Origin: an uncultured Chloroflexia bacterium
GTDB taxonomy: Bacteria; Chloroflexota; Limnocylindria; Limnocylindrales; CSP1-4
NCBI GenBank assembly: GCA_963745405.1
Contig: CAVUWY010000002.1
Location: 533,013 to 597,012 of the forward strand
DNA: 64,000 nt
Reading direction: 5' to 3'
Made by a program: the position numbers and the translations under genes. The notes beneath the pieces are model-generated. The model saw nothing but the letters and a program-made list of their open reading frames with translations, was not told the DNA's origin and ran no database searches. Each line of letters begins with the position of its first letter. Position 1 is the first letter of the stretch. Shown here one piece after another: positions 26,499 through 37,168 of this stretch.

Positions 26499-27308
26499 TC
26501 AGCGGAGGAGGAGCCGGTCGAGCCTCCGTGATGCGATGGTCAGGCCGATGAGGCCCATCGCGAGCAGGTACACGACATCGACGATCATCACCGGCCCGAC
26601 GACCCCGAGGGTGAGGCCGCGGATGAGGTCGGCCCCCCGGTAGAGCGGGCTGAACTGGACGATCGTGGCCACGACCGGCGGGTAGGCCGACAGCGGATAG
26701 AACGTGCCGCTGAACAGGAAGAGCGGCAGGACGACGAGCTGGACGAGGTCGAAGTCCTGGTAACTCCGCATGAACGAGGTCGCCGCCATGCCGACCCCGG
26801 CGAACCCGAACGCCACGACCATGGCGGCCGGGATGGCGAGGATCCCGAGCGGCGAGGAAACGAGGCCGAGGACGACCATCACCACGAAGAAGCCGATCGC
26901 GTACAGGGTCCCCCGGATGAGCGCCCAGCTCACCTCGCCGAGGGCGATGTCGCCGGCCCCGAGCGGAGTCGACAGGATGGCGTCGTACGTCTTGGCGAAC
27001 TTGAGCTTGAAGAAGACGTTGATCGTGCTGTCGTAGATCGCCCCGTTCATCGACGAGGCGGCGAGCAGGGCCGGGGCGACGAAGGCCGCGTACGTCAGTG
27101 GCTGGCCATCGGGTCCCGGCACGGTCCCGACGAGCCCGCCGATCCCGAACCCGATCCCGAGCAGGTAGAAGAGCGGCTCGAAGAAGCCCGACACGATGAC
27201 GAGCCAGGTCCGCCGGTAGACGTAGGCGTTGCGCTGGACAAGGAGCAGCGAGCGACGACTGCCGAGGCCGACCGGCAGGATCCGGGCCGCGCCGCCCAGC
27301 GCCGTCAC
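26499..27308 (-). CDS. ABC-2 type transporter permease
   Basis: ORF 269 aa with six hydrophobic spans. GTGA overlap with the upstream permease gene. Confidence 0.8.
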   Translation of the reverse strand: MTALGGAARILPVGLGSRRSLLLVQRNAYVYRRTWLVIVSGFFEPLFYLLGIGFGIGGLVGTVPGPDGQPLTYAAFVAPALLAASSMNGAIYDSTINVFFKLKFAKTYDAILSTPLGAGDIALGEVSWALIRGTLYAIGFFVVMVVLGLVSSPLGILAIPAAMVVAFGFAGVGMAATSFMRSYQDFDLVQLVVLPLFLFSGTFYPLSAYPPVVATIVQFSPLYRGADLIRGLTLGVVGPVMIVDVVYLLAMGLIGLTIASRRLDRLLLR

Positions 27309-28093
27309 GAGACCAGCCGCCGGCGGAAGGTGATGAGGCAGGCGACGAAGCCCGTCGTCGCGAGGACCGTGAGGTACGTGACGTGGATGGCCGCGGCCGT
27401 CGGGTCCAGCGTCCCGAGCGCCGAGCCGCGGGCGAGAGCGACCCCGTGATAGAGCGGCGTCAGGGCCGCGACCGCCTGGAGGGCGGGCGGCAGCCGGTCT
27501 ATCGGGAAGAAGGTGCCGCTGAACAGGAACAGCGGGGTCATCCCGAAGCGGAACAAAGCGTTGAAGGCCGTCTCGCGCCGCTGCGTCGCGGAGAACGCTG
27601 TGATCGGGGTCGCGAAGGCGAGCCCGGTGAGCATCGCCGCGGACCAGCCGACCACGAACGAGAGCGGACTCGTGACGACGCCGAAGCCGATCATCACGAG
27701 GCTGAAGATGCCGGCCGCGAGGCCGATCCGGAAGGCGATGAAGGCCAGCTGCCCGATGACGATCGCATTCGTCGTCACGGGCGTCGCGATCATCGCGTAG
27801 TAGGTCCGGACCCAGTTGATCGCGGCGACGATCGGGAAGGTCGACTCGGTGAAGGCGACCTGCATCCCGGCTGCGACGAGGAGCCCCGGGGCAAGGAAGG
27901 CGAGGTACGAGACGCCACCGAGCGAGCTCGTCGCGCCGGACCGGTCGACGATGCCGCCGAGCCCGAGGCCCATCGCGGCGAGGAACAGGGCCGGCTGGAC
28001 GAACGAGCTGAAGAGCGACGCCCGGTACGAGCGCCGATAGGCGAGGAGCGAATACTCGAGGACATGGAGGGCGGGTGCGGTCGCGATCGCCAT
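27305..28093 (-). CDS. ABC-2 type transporter permease
   Basis: ORF 262 aa, a paralog of 26499..27308. Confidence 0.8.
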   Translation of the reverse strand: MAIATAPALHVLEYSLLAYRRSYRASLFSSFVQPALFLAAMGLGLGGIVDRSGATSSLGGVSYLAFLAPGLLVAAGMQVAFTESTFPIVAAINWVRTYYAMIATPVTTNAIVIGQLAFIAFRIGLAAGIFSLVMIGFGVVTSPLSFVVGWSAAMLTGLAFATPITAFSATQRRETAFNALFRFGMTPLFLFSGTFFPIDRLPPALQAVAALTPLYHGVALARGSALGTLDPTAAAIHVTYLTVLATTGFVACLITFRRRLVS

Positions 28094-28106
28094 CTGGGAC
28101 CGGGTC

Positions 28107-29087
28107 TCAGTCCACCAGGCTGCGACCGGTCAGCCGCAGGAAGACGTCCTCGAGGGAGCTACGCCGGACGAGCACGCTCTCCGGCCGGAGCCCGCGCTGG
28201 TGGGCGACGACGTTGGCCGCCTCGCCGTCGTCGGCGTAGACGAGGACCCGGTCCGGCAGTCGCTCGAGCCGCCGGGCATTCGTCCCGTCGACGATAGCAT
28301 CGAGCTCGCCGTCGAGCGTCTCCTGGACGCCGACTGGAAAGCGCAGCTCGAGGACCTCCCTGGTCGAGTACTGCTCGATGAGCTGACGAGGCGTGCCTTC
28401 GGCGACGATCTTCGACTTGTCCATGACGACGAGGCGGTCGCACAGCTGCTCCGCCTCGTCCATGTAATGGGTCGTCAGGACGAGGGTCACGCCGCGCTGC
28501 TTCAGGCGATAGAGCCGGTCCCAGAGCTGGTGGCGGGCCTGCGGGTCGAGCCCCGTCGTCGGCTCGTCGAGGAGGAGCAGGCTCGGCTCGTTGATGAGCG
28601 AGCGGGCGATCGTGACCCGGCGCTTCATGCCACCCGACAGTGGATCGACCAGTGACTTCGCCCGGTCGGTGAGCTGGACGAAATCGAGCAGCTCGTCCGC
28701 CCGCCGGCCGGCCTCGCGAAAGGAGAGGTCGAAGTAGCGACCGTAGATGACGAGGTTCTCCCGGACCGTCAGGTCGGTGTCGAGGGAGTCCTGCTGCGGC
28801 ACGACTCCGATGCGGGCCCGGATCCGTGGTCCGTCGCGGACGGGGTCCATCCCGAGCACGGTCAGCGTCCCGTCGCTCAGCGGCGAGACACAGCCGATCA
28901 TCCGCATCGTCGAGGTCTTGCCGGCCCCGTTCGGGCCGAGGAATCCGAACGACTCCCCCGGCGCGACATCGAAGTCGATGGCGTCGACAGCGGTGAACGC
29001 ACCGAACCGTTTCGTCAGCCCGGCGGCATGGATGAGGGGCGCCTCAGCGGGCGGACTCGCGGTGGGCTGGTCCATGGGCCCGCGCAT
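28107..29087 (-). CDS. ABC transporter ATP-binding protein (DrrA/NodI-like exporter)
   Basis: Walker A GPNGAGKTS, signature LSGGMKRR, Walker B LLLLDEPT, and a C-terminal accessory domain. Confidence 0.9.
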   Translation of the reverse strand: MRGPMDQPTASPPAEAPLIHAAGLTKRFGAFTAVDAIDFDVAPGESFGFLGPNGAGKTSTMRMIGCVSPLSDGTLTVLGMDPVRDGPRIRARIGVVPQQDSLDTDLTVRENLVIYGRYFDLSFREAGRRADELLDFVQLTDRAKSLVDPLSGGMKRRVTIARSLINEPSLLLLDEPTTGLDPQARHQLWDRLYRLKQRGVTLVLTTHYMDEAEQLCDRLVVMDKSKIVAEGTPRQLIEQYSTREVLELRFPVGVQETLDGELDAIVDGTNARRLERLPDRVLVYADDGEAANVVAHQRGLRPESVLVRRSSLEDVFLRLTGRSLVD

Positions 29088-29156
29088 CGTACCGCCGTCT
29101 CCGGCCGGCCGCCGCCGCCGGCCGGCCGCCGCCGGCCCATTGTCGATGGGCGGAGG

Positions 29157-31088
29157 TCAGACCTCCTTGAATTCGCCCTCGACCGTCTCCTCGTCCGTGG
29201 AGGCCGGCTCGCTCGAAGCGTCGCCACCCTCGGCGCCGTCGGCGCCGCCGTGACCATTCGACGAGGAGTCGGAGGCGGACGCCTCGTAGGCCTTGGTCGA
29301 GACCTTCGAGAGCGCCTCGACGAGTGCCGATGCACCCGTCTTGACGGCCTCCGAGTCGGAGCCCTTGAGCGCCTCACGGAGCGAGGACACCTTGCCCTCG
29401 ACGTCAGCCCGATCCTCGGCGGCGACCTTGTCGCCGAGGTCCTTGAGCGTCCGTTCCGCCTGGAACGTCAGCGCCTCGGCCTGGTTCCGGGTCTCGACGT
29501 CCTCGCGCCGCTGCCGATCCTCGTCGGCGTGCTCGGCCGCCTCCTTGACCATCTTGTCGACGTCGTCCTTCGACAGCATCGACGAGGCGGTGATGCGAAC
29601 CTGCTGCTCCTTCGAGGTCGCCCGGTCCTTGGCCTTGACGTCGAGGATGCCGTTGGCGTCGATGTCGAACGTGACCTCGATCTGGGGCACGCCGCGCGGG
29701 GCCGGCGGGATCCCGTCGAGGATGAACCGACCGAGCGTCTTGTTGTCCGTGGCGAAGTCGCGCTCGCCCTGAAGGACGTGGATCTCGACCTGGCTCTGGT
29801 TGTCCGAGGCGGTCGAGAAGACCTGCGACTTGCTCGTCGGGATCGTCGTGTTGCGATCGATGAGCCGGGTCATGACCCCGCCCATCGTCTCGATGCCGAG
29901 CGACAGCGGCGTGACGTCGAGGAGGAGGACGTCCTTCACCTCGCCGCCGAGCACGCCGGCCTGGATGGCCGCGCCGACCGCGACGACCTCGTCCGGGTTG
30001 ACGCCCTTGTGGGGCTCCTTGCCACCGAACATCGCCTTGACCGCGTCGACGACCGACGGCATCCGGGTCATGCCGCCGACGAGGATCACCTCGTCGATCT
30101 CACCCGGCTTGAGGCCGGAGTCCTTGAGGGCGGCGACGACCGGGCCCTTCGTCTTCTCGATGAGGTCGCCGACGAGGTCCTCGAGCTTGGCCCGCGAGAG
30201 GCTCATGACGAGGTGCTTGGGTCCCGAGGCGTCGGCCGTGATGTAGGGCAGGTTGATCTCGGTCGTCATCGTCGTGGACAGCTCGATCTTGGCCTTCTCG
30301 GCGGCTTCCTTGAGCCGCTGGAGGGCCTGCTGATCGGAGCGCAGGTCGATGCCCTGGTCCTTCTTGAACTCGCTCAGGAGCCACTCGATGACCCGCTGGT
30401 CGAAGTCGTCGCCGCCGAGGTGGGTATCGCCGTTGGTGGCCTTGACCTCGAAGACGCCTTCGCCGAGCTCGAGGATCGAGATGTCGAACGTCCCGCCGCC
30501 GAGGTCGTAGACGGCGATCTTCTCGTCGCCCTTCTTGTCGAGGCCGTAGGCGAGGGCCGATGCGGTGGGCTCGTTGATGATCCGCTTGACGTCGAGACCG
30601 GCGATCTTGCCGGCGTCCTTGGTCGCCTGGCGCTGCGTGTCGTCGAAGTAGGCCGGGACGGTGATGACCGCCTCGGTGACCTTCTCGCCGAGGTACGCCT
30701 CGGCGTCCGTCCGCAGCTTCTGCAGGATCATCGCGCTGATCTCGGGCGGGGTGTAGCCGGTCCCGTCGGCGAGGGTCACCTTGACGCCGTCGCTCTTGGA
30801 GTCCTTCTCGACCTTGTACGGGACGAGCTCCTTCGAGCGCTTGGTCTCGGGGTCGTCCCAGCGGCGGCCCATGAATCGCTTGATCGAGTAGATGGTGTTG
30901 GCCGGGTTGGTCACCGCCTGGCGCTTGGCCAGCTGGCCGACGAGCCGCTCGCCCGTCTTGGTGAAGGCGACGACGGACGGGACGGTCCGGCCGCCCTCGG
31001 CCGATGCGATGACGGTCGGCTCGCCGCCTTCCATGACCGCGACGACCGAGTTCGTCGTTCCGAGATCGATGCCGATGATCTTGCCCAT
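29157..31088 (-). CDS. dnaK: molecular chaperone DnaK (Hsp70)
   Basis: [18 protein letters not shown]...[12 protein letters not shown]...[11 protein letters not shown]... 643 aa. Confidence 0.97.
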   Translation of the reverse strand: MGKIIGIDLGTTNSVVAVMEGGEPTVIASAEGGRTVPSVVAFTKTGERLVGQLAKRQAVTNPANTIYSIKRFMGRRWDDPETKRSKELVPYKVEKDSKSDGVKVTLADGTGYTPPEISAMILQKLRTDAEAYLGEKVTEAVITVPAYFDDTQRQATKDAGKIAGLDVKRIINEPTASALAYGLDKKGDEKIAVYDLGGGTFDISILELGEGVFEVKATNGDTHLGGDDFDQRVIEWLLSEFKKDQGIDLRSDQQALQRLKEAAEKAKIELSTTMTTEINLPYITADASGPKHLVMSLSRAKLEDLVGDLIEKTKGPVVAALKDSGLKPGEIDEVILVGGMTRMPSVVDAVKAMFGGKEPHKGVNPDEVVAVGAAIQAGVLGGEVKDVLLLDVTPLSLGIETMGGVMTRLIDRNTTIPTSKSQVFSTASDNQSQVEIHVLQGERDFATDNKTLGRFILDGIPPAPRGVPQIEVTFDIDANGILDVKAKDRATSKEQQVRITASSMLSKDDVDKMVKEAAEHADEDRQRREDVETRNQAEALTFQAERTLKDLGDKVAAEDRADVEGKVSSLREALKGSDSEAVKTGASALVEALSKVSTKAYEASASDSSSNGHGGADGAEGGDASSEPASTDEETVEGEFKEV

Positions 31089-31102
31089 GTGGTGATCCGC
31101 TC

Positions 31103-31753
31103 CTAGTGGTGTCGGTGCTGACGGGTGGTGTGGTCGGTGGTCGCGTGATGGTCTGATGTGCTGTCGGCGTCCGGGCCGAGCGAGGATCCGGCGGGCGCGG
31201 CTGGATCGGCGTCGGCGCCGTCGCTGACCGCGACGAGAGCCGGCCGCAGGACCCGGTCGGCGACCATGTAGCCGCGGGCGAACTCGCCGACGATCTCGTC
31301 GGCCGGCCGGCCGCTGCCGGCGACGTGGCTGATCGCCTGGTGGAGCCGCGGGTCGAACGGTTCGCCGACGGTCGAGTCCATCGGGTGGACGCCCTCGCGC
31401 TCGAGGAGCGTCCGGAGCTTGCGATCGATGGCGGCCACGCCTTCGGCCCAGGCGTCGCCCTCGAGGGCCGCCGGCCGGGCCTCGATGGCCCGGTCGAAGT
31501 CGTCGAGCGTCTCGAGGACCTTCAGGCGGAGCGAGTCGGCCGACCGGCTCGCCGCGGCGAGGCCCTCCTGCTCGGTGCGGCGCTTGAAGTTGACGAACTC
31601 GGCCCGCTCGCGCTGGAGTCCGGCGAGGTACTCGTCGGCGCGGGCGGTCGCCTCGTCGCGTTCGGCGGTCAGACGCTCGATATCGGCGATCAGCTTCGAC
31701 GGCGTGATGTCGAGATCGTCGATCCGTTCCTGGGCTCGGGTCCGTGGTGCCAT
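31103..31753 (-). CDS. grpE: nucleotide exchange factor GrpE
   Basis: ...[23 protein letters not shown]...[12 protein letters not shown]...VLRPALVAV. It sits 14 nt upstream of dnaK. Confidence 0.92.
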   Translation of the reverse strand: MAPRTRAQERIDDLDITPSKLIADIERLTAERDEATARADEYLAGLQRERAEFVNFKRRTEQEGLAAASRSADSLRLKVLETLDDFDRAIEARPAALEGDAWAEGVAAIDRKLRTLLEREGVHPMDSTVGEPFDPRLHQAISHVAGSGRPADEIVGEFARGYMVADRVLRPALVAVSDGADADPAAPAGSSLGPDADSTSDHHATTDHTTRQHRHH

Positions 31754-31808
31754 CGGGGATGTCGTTCCTTGTCTCGGTACGGCGGCCGGCGGTCGGCCGC
31801 GATGGATG

Positions 31809-32873
31809 TCAGGCGTAGAGGTGATCGACGAGCTCGTTCATCAGCCCCGACACGAAGCGGACCGTGCCGATCGCGTGGGGGTAGCTCATCCGGGTCGGAC
31901 CGAGGACGCCGACGACGCCGACCGCCCGGCCGGGCCGGCCATAGGGCGCCAGGACGAGCGAGACGTCGTGCATCTCGGGCGAGTCGTTCTCGCCGCCGAT
32001 GAAGACCTGGACGCGGCCCGAGCCGGCGACGGTCCGCAGCAGCTCGCCGAGGTAGGCCCGGTTCTCGAGGGCCGAGAAGACGCGGCGCAGCTTCTCGCTC
32101 TCGGCGAATTCGGGCGCCTCCATGACGTTAAGAAGCCCATCGCTGAACAGCTCCTCGATGAGGGCGGAATCGAGCTCGAGCATCGAGCGGGCGATCCGCT
32201 CGGCGACCTTGCGGATGAGGACGGTCGCCGGATCGGCCGGGTCGAAGCGCTCGAGGGTCGCATCGATCTCGCGGGCCGTCTGGTCGGCGAAGAGGCGGTT
32301 GAGGCGGTCGGCCGCGTCGGTCAGGGTGGCCTGGTCGGCCGGGTCGTCGAGGTTGACGAGGATCTGCCGGATGGTTCCCTCGCGGAGGACGAGGATGAGG
32401 CTGGCCAGCCGCTCCTGGATGGCGACGAGGTCGACCCGGCGAACGCGCGACGAGGTCGGCTTGGCCGGCGTCGCGAGGCCAGCGGCGCGGGTGAGGCCGG
32501 CGAGGGTCGTCGCCGCGAGGCGGAACCAGTGCTCGCTGGCGAATTCGACCTGGCCGAACTGGTGGCGGATCATGAGCTGCTCGACCGGCGTGAGCGGCGG
32601 CGCCTCGACCATCGCCTCGACGTAGTAGCGGTAGCCGAGGTCGGTCGGCACCCGGCCCGCGCTCGTATGCGGATGGGTCAGGAAACCCGCGGTCTCAAGC
32701 TCGGCGAGGATCGCCCGGACGGTGGCACTCGAAACGCCGAGCCCGTAGCGCTCGACAAGGGCGAGACTGCCGACCGGGTTCGCGGATGCGACGTATTCCT
32801 CGATGACGGCCCGGAGGATCGCCTGCTCTCGGAGGTCCAGGGGGCCATTGGTGCGGCGAACGCGTCGCGCCAC
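31809..32873 (-). CDS. hrcA: heat-inducible transcriptional repressor HrcA
   Basis: GTG 32873 after AAGGAG. LDLREQAILRAVIEEYVASANPVGSLALVERYGLGVSSATVRAILAELETAGFLTHPHTSAGRVPT. Confidence 0.93.
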   Translation of the reverse strand: MARRVRRTNGPLDLREQAILRAVIEEYVASANPVGSLALVERYGLGVSSATVRAILAELETAGFLTHPHTSAGRVPTDLGYRYYVEAMVEAPPLTPVEQLMIRHQFGQVEFASEHWFRLAATTLAGLTRAAGLATPAKPTSSRVRRVDLVAIQERLASLILVLREGTIRQILVNLDDPADQATLTDAADRLNRLFADQTAREIDATLERFDPADPATVLIRKVAERIARSMLELDSALIEELFSDGLLNVMEAPEFAESEKLRRVFSALENRAYLGELLRTVAGSGRVQVFIGGENDSPEMHDVSLVLAPYGRPGRAVGVVGVLGPTRMSYPHAIGTVRFVSGLMNELVDHLYA

Positions 32874-32891
32874 GGCTGGCTCCTTGGGAGG

Positions 32892-32918
32892 TTAGCACTC
32901 TCGATGGTCGAGTGCTAA
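32892..32918. promoter_or_regulatory. CIRCE operator (HrcA binding site)
   Basis: TTAGCACTC-tcgatggtc-GAGTGCTAA, a perfect match to consensus TTAGCACTC-N9-GAGTGCTAA, about 20 nt upstream of the hrcA start. Confidence 0.92.
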
Positions 32919-33000
32919 CTATCGGTGGGCGCATCGTAGCAGCCGGTGTGGTGCCGTGTCAACGCTCGTCGACCGCTCTCGCCGGACGGTCCGGTGCGCC

Positions 33001-34290
33001 TCAGACGAGGCGGGCGAAGAGCTCGTTCGAGAGGAGCCGGCCCCGGGTCGTCAGGCGGAGGCGATCGTCGGCGTCGTGCGACACGAGCTCCGCGGCCAGG
33101 GCCCACCGCAGCGGCCCGGCGAACGGTTCGGTGGCGGCCGCCGCCGCGGCCACGCCGTCGTCAGTGCGGAGGCCGAGGATGACCTCCTCGGAGGCGGCTG
33201 TCGCCGCGTCGAGGGCCTCGCTGCCGCCCGGCGGGAGCGAAGGACCGCCCACCCCGGGAGCGAGGGCGGCGATGTAGCGGCCGAGGTGAGCGGAATTCCA
33301 GCGTCGGATCGCACCGTCGAAGGCGTGCGCGCCGGGTCCGACCGCCTCGTACGGCTGCCGCTCCCAATAGGCCAGGTTGTGGCGGCTCTCGTGGCCGGGC
33401 CGGGCCCAATTGCTGATCTCGTAGCCGTGCCAGCCCTCCTCGCGAAGGCGGACCACGGCGTGGTGGTACATGGCCGCCGCTCGATCCTCGTCCTGGGCCG
33501 GCCGGGCGCGATCGCGCCAGCGGCGCGCCCCGGTGCTCGTCGGGAGGTGGTCGCCGTCGGGCCCGGTCAGGCCCTCCTCGTCGGGATCGTCGAGGGTCAG
33601 GGCGTAGAGGGAGAGATGATCCGGCGACAGGGCGATCGCCGCCTCGAGGGTCGACATCCAGTCGCCGATCGACTGGCCGGGCACGTCGTAGAGGAGATCG
33701 AGGCTGACCGAGCCGATGCCCGCCCGCCGGGAGGCCGCGACCGCGTCGCCGACGTCGGTCGCCCGATGGCGCCGGCCAAGCCCGGCGAGCTCGCTATCGT
33801 CGAGGCTCTGGGCACCGATCGAGAGCCGGCTGACGCCTGCCCGGCGCTGGGCGGCCGGATCGCCACGCTCGTCGCGGCCCGGGTTGGCCTCGAGCGTGAT
33901 CTCGGCATCCTCGGCAAGCCCGAACCGGGATCGCACGAGCTCGACGAGGCCGGCCAGGTCCCTGGTCGCCAGGAGGCTCGGTGTCCCCCCGCCGATGTAC
34001 AGGGAGCCGAGCGCGGGCCGGCCGCTCGAACCGGGCGGTCCGAACCGAGCGTCGTCGGCATCGGCGCGAAGGTCGATCTCGGTCCGCACGGCCGCGAGGA
34101 ACGCGGCGATCCGGTTGCGTGGCCCGCGGCTCTCGGCGCCTGCCACGACGACGAAGTCGCAATACGGGCAGACCGAGACGCAGAACGGGACGTGGACGTA
34201 GAGTGCGGTCGGCGGCCGCGCGTCGGTCCGTCCCTGGACCTCGGCCTGCACGCGCACCCCGGTGGATGTGGCTCCGACGGTCGGGCTCAC
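33001..34290 (-). CDS. hemW: radical SAM heme chaperone HemW (HemN-like, oxygen-independent coproporphyrinogen oxidase family)
   Basis: GTG 34290 (GTGA overlap with the upstream stop). LYVHVPFCVSVCPYCDF (CxxxCxxC)...LYIGGGTPSLL...RLSIGAQSLDD...HLSLYALT. The rest of track ORF 33001..35052 is out-of-frame read-through. Confidence 0.88.
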   Translation of the reverse strand: MSPTVGATSTGVRVQAEVQGRTDARPPTALYVHVPFCVSVCPYCDFVVVAGAESRGPRNRIAAFLAAVRTEIDLRADADDARFGPPGSSGRPALGSLYIGGGTPSLLATRDLAGLVELVRSRFGLAEDAEITLEANPGRDERGDPAAQRRAGVSRLSIGAQSLDDSELAGLGRRHRATDVGDAVAASRRAGIGSVSLDLLYDVPGQSIGDWMSTLEAAIALSPDHLSLYALTLDDPDEEGLTGPDGDHLPTSTGARRWRDRARPAQDEDRAAAMYHHAVVRLREEGWHGYEISNWARPGHESRHNLAYWERQPYEAVGPGAHAFDGAIRRWNSAHLGRYIAALAPGVGGPSLPPGGSEALDAATAASEEVILGLRTDDGVAAAAAATEPFAGPLRWALAAELVSHDADDRLRLTTRGRLLSNELFARLV

Positions 34291-35042
34291 CGATCGTTCG
34301 AGGCCGGGCCCCGACCGCCGACGATCCGCCAGCCCTCCGGGATTCGCCGCTTCTTCTCGATGTCCTCGGACTCCTTGCCCCGCAGGGCGACCTGGCCGGC
34401 GTGGCCAGTGGCGAGGAAGACCGCGACGCGGGTGACCGCATGGCCGATGAAGGCCGCCCCGATCGCGCCCGTCTTGAGGGTCACCCAGCCGCTGCCGAGG
34501 CCGATGAGGAGGACGAGGACCAGCGTGTAGCGGTCGCGGCCGGGAGCGCCGACCCGCGTCGCCAGGGTGTAGGTGAGTGCCTGGATGACGTTGGCGACGG
34601 TCGGGTCGATGCCGCCGAGGACGAGGAAGGCGAGGAGCAGGCCACGGAACGTCGCCTCGTCGATGAACGCCGTGGCGATGGCGTTGAGGATCGAGCCCGG
34701 ATACTCCCGAATATCGGGAAACCGGAGATGGTGGTAGCGGAGCATCGCGAAGGCAATCGCCTGGGCTACCCCGATCGCCCCATAGACGAAGCCGTAGAGG
34801 AGCGCGGTCGGACGGTCGCCGAGGCTCAGGTAGAGGTCGCGGGCCGGTGCCGGGTAGATGATCGCGGCGGCTGAAATGAGCCCGAGCCCGACGAGGTACC
34901 AGGCGAGGCGCCGCCTGAGGGACGGCCACTTCCCATCGCGGGCCTCGTCGTACTCGGCCGCTCCAAGCCGCTCCGCGTCGAGCCGCTGCATGACGAGGAG
35001 GAGGACAAGACCGAAGGCGACGAGCGCGCGGAGCGTGTCCAT
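34287..35042 (-). CDS. CPBP-family intramembrane glutamic endopeptidase (CAAX protease-like)
   Basis: ORF 251 aa, multi-TM, with FIDEATFRGLL (E-E/x-x-x-R motif) and a later H-x-x-x-N/H pattern (FIGHAVTRV). Confidence 0.8.
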   Translation of the reverse strand: MDTLRALVAFGLVLLLVMQRLDAERLGAAEYDEARDGKWPSLRRRLAWYLVGLGLISAAAIIYPAPARDLYLSLGDRPTALLYGFVYGAIGVAQAIAFAMLRYHHLRFPDIREYPGSILNAIATAFIDEATFRGLLLAFLVLGGIDPTVANVIQALTYTLATRVGAPGRDRYTLVLVLLIGLGSGWVTLKTGAIGAAFIGHAVTRVAVFLATGHAGQVALRGKESEDIEKKRRIPEGWRIVGGRGPASNDR

Positions 35043-35139
35043 CGCCCGTCACCGTAGCACGGGGCGGAAGTGCCGCGACGCACCGCCGGGTCGATTCTCG
35101 GTCGCCGGAAGGGGCGCCGAAACGGGGCGCCGGGAGTCC

Positions 35140-36981
35140 TCAGCCCTCGTCTATGCGGAGCATGGCGAGGAATGCCTCCTGCGGGATCTCGACCGAGCCG
35201 ACCCGCTTCATCCGCTGCTTGCCTTCCTTCTGCTTCTCCAGCAGCTTCCGCTTGCGGGTGATGTCGCCGCCGTAGCACTTGGCGAGGACGTTCTTGCGCA
35301 TCGCCCGGACGGATTCGCGGGCGATGACGTTCGAGCCGATGGCCGCCTGGATGGGGATCTCGAACATCTGGCGGGGGATGAGCTCCTTGAGTCGAGCGGT
35401 GAGGGCTCGCCCCACCGACTGGGCCCGGTCGCGGTGGACGATCAGCGACAGGGCGTCGACGGGTTCGCCGTTGACGAGGATGTCGACCTTGGCGAGGTTG
35501 GCCGCCCGGTAGCCCGACTCCTCGTAGTCCATCGAGGCGTAGCCCTGGCTGCGGCTCTTGAGCTGGTCGAAGTAGTCGACGATGAGCTCCGCCAGCGGCA
35601 TCTCGAAACGGAGTACGACCCGGGTCGGGTCGAGGTACTCCATGTCGCGGAACTCGCCCCGACGGTTCGTCGAGAGCTCCATGAGCGGGCCGATGTACGA
35701 CGACGGCGTCACCACCGAGAGGGTCACCCACGGCTCCTCGATCGCTTCGATCGACGAGGGGTCGGGCATCAGAGCCGGGTTGTCGACGGAGACGGTGCCA
35801 CGCCCGTTCGTGAGGACGACGCGGTATTCGACCGACGGCGCCGAGGCGATGAGGTCAAGGTCGAATTCGCGCTCGAGGCGCTCCTGGACGATCTCCATGT
35901 GGAGGAGGCCGAGGAACCCGCAGCGGAAGCCGAAGCCGAGGGCGACCGAGCTCTCCGGCTCGTAGGTGAAGCTCGCGTCGTTGAGATGGAGCTTCTCGAA
36001 GGCGTCGCGGAGGAGCGGGTAATCCTCGCCACTGACGGGGTAGATGCCGGCGAAGACGAGGCTCTTGGCTGCCTGGTAGCCCGGCAGCGGTTCCGCCGCC
36101 GGCCGGGCGGCATCGGTGACCGTGTCGCCGACCTGCGCCTCGCGGACGTTCTTGAAGCCGGTGGCCACGTAGCCGACCTCACCGGCGACCAGCCGTTTGA
36201 CCGGCACGAGCTGGGGCCGGAAGACGCCGATCTCGAGGAGCTCGGCCTCGGCGCCCGAGGCCATCAGCCGGACGGTCGCCCGGTCGTCGAGCGTCCCCTG
36301 GGCCAGCCGGACGTAGACGATCACGCCCTTGTACTGGTCGTAATGGCTGTCGAAGACGAGCCCCTGGAGCGGCTTCGACGGGTCGCCCTTCGGGGCGGGG
36401 ATCCGGGCCACGATCGCCTCGAGGATCTCGGGCACGCCGGTCCCGTCCTTGGCCGAGGCGAGGAGGACCTCCTCGCGCGGGATGGCGAGGACGTTCTCGA
36501 GCTCGTCCATGATCGTCTCCGGATCGGCCGACGGGAGATCGATCTTGTTGAGGACGGGAATGAGGGTGAGCCCTTCGCGCAACGCCAGGTGGACGTTAGC
36601 TAGCGTCTGGGCTTCGATGCCCTGGGTCGCGTCGACGACGAGGATCGCCCCTTCGCAGGCCTGGAGGCTGTGGCTCACCTCGTAGGCAAAGTCGACATGA
36701 CCGGGCGTATCGATGAGGTTGAGACCGTACGTCAGGCCGTCACGGGCCGTGTACTCGAGGCGGACGGCCCGGGCCTTGATGGTGATGCCCTTCTCGCGCT
36801 CGAGGTCCATCGAATCGAGGACCTGGCTCGTCATCTGCCGGGCATCGATCGTGTGGGTCAGCTCGAGCAGCCTGTCGGCGAGCGTCGACTTGCCGTGATC
36901 GATGTGGGCGATGATCGAGAAGTTGCGGAGGCGATCCTGGGGGATGCCAACGTGCGGCTCGGCACTCACGCCGGCGAGCAT
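35140..36981 (-). CDS. lepA: translation elongation factor 4 (LepA)
   Basis: ATG 36981 within ORF 35140..37170. [21 protein letters not shown]...DTPGHVDF...NKIDL...; 613 aa. Confidence 0.93.
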   Translation of the reverse strand: MLAGVSAEPHVGIPQDRLRNFSIIAHIDHGKSTLADRLLELTHTIDARQMTSQVLDSMDLEREKGITIKARAVRLEYTARDGLTYGLNLIDTPGHVDFAYEVSHSLQACEGAILVVDATQGIEAQTLANVHLALREGLTLIPVLNKIDLPSADPETIMDELENVLAIPREEVLLASAKDGTGVPEILEAIVARIPAPKGDPSKPLQGLVFDSHYDQYKGVIVYVRLAQGTLDDRATVRLMASGAEAELLEIGVFRPQLVPVKRLVAGEVGYVATGFKNVREAQVGDTVTDAARPAAEPLPGYQAAKSLVFAGIYPVSGEDYPLLRDAFEKLHLNDASFTYEPESSVALGFGFRCGFLGLLHMEIVQERLEREFDLDLIASAPSVEYRVVLTNGRGTVSVDNPALMPDPSSIEAIEEPWVTLSVVTPSSYIGPLMELSTNRRGEFRDMEYLDPTRVVLRFEMPLAELIVDYFDQLKSRSQGYASMDYEESGYRAANLAKVDILVNGEPVDALSLIVHRDRAQSVGRALTARLKELIPRQMFEIPIQAAIGSNVIARESVRAMRKNVLAKCYGGDITRKRKLLEKQKEGKQRMKRVGSVEIPQEAFLAMLRIDEG

Positions 36982-37168
36982 GACATGAAGGAGGACGTGG
37001 GGCCCCAGGTCACCGATCCAAGCGATCCCGGGCACGACCGGCCACGGATCCCGGCGCGCGGTCCGCCGGCGACCGTTGTCCCCGCGACCGAGACGACGAC
37101 GCGACTCCCCTGGCGTAGATTTCGCCCGCTCGGCCGCCACCAACAACCGATCCAGCTGGGAGGGGACC

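Noticed and set aside
29028-31106. 692-aa plus-strand ORF, and similar long ORFs at 52731..54305 (-), 45488..47923 (+), 50788..53205 (+), 9463..11187 (-) and 36670..38595 (+)
   Set aside because: They are antisense or out-of-frame shadows of well-supported genes (dnaK, membrane/AlkP genes, gap/ROK, LTD protein, ATPase, lepA). Their translations are low-complexity, R/G/D/E/P-rich and lack motifs.
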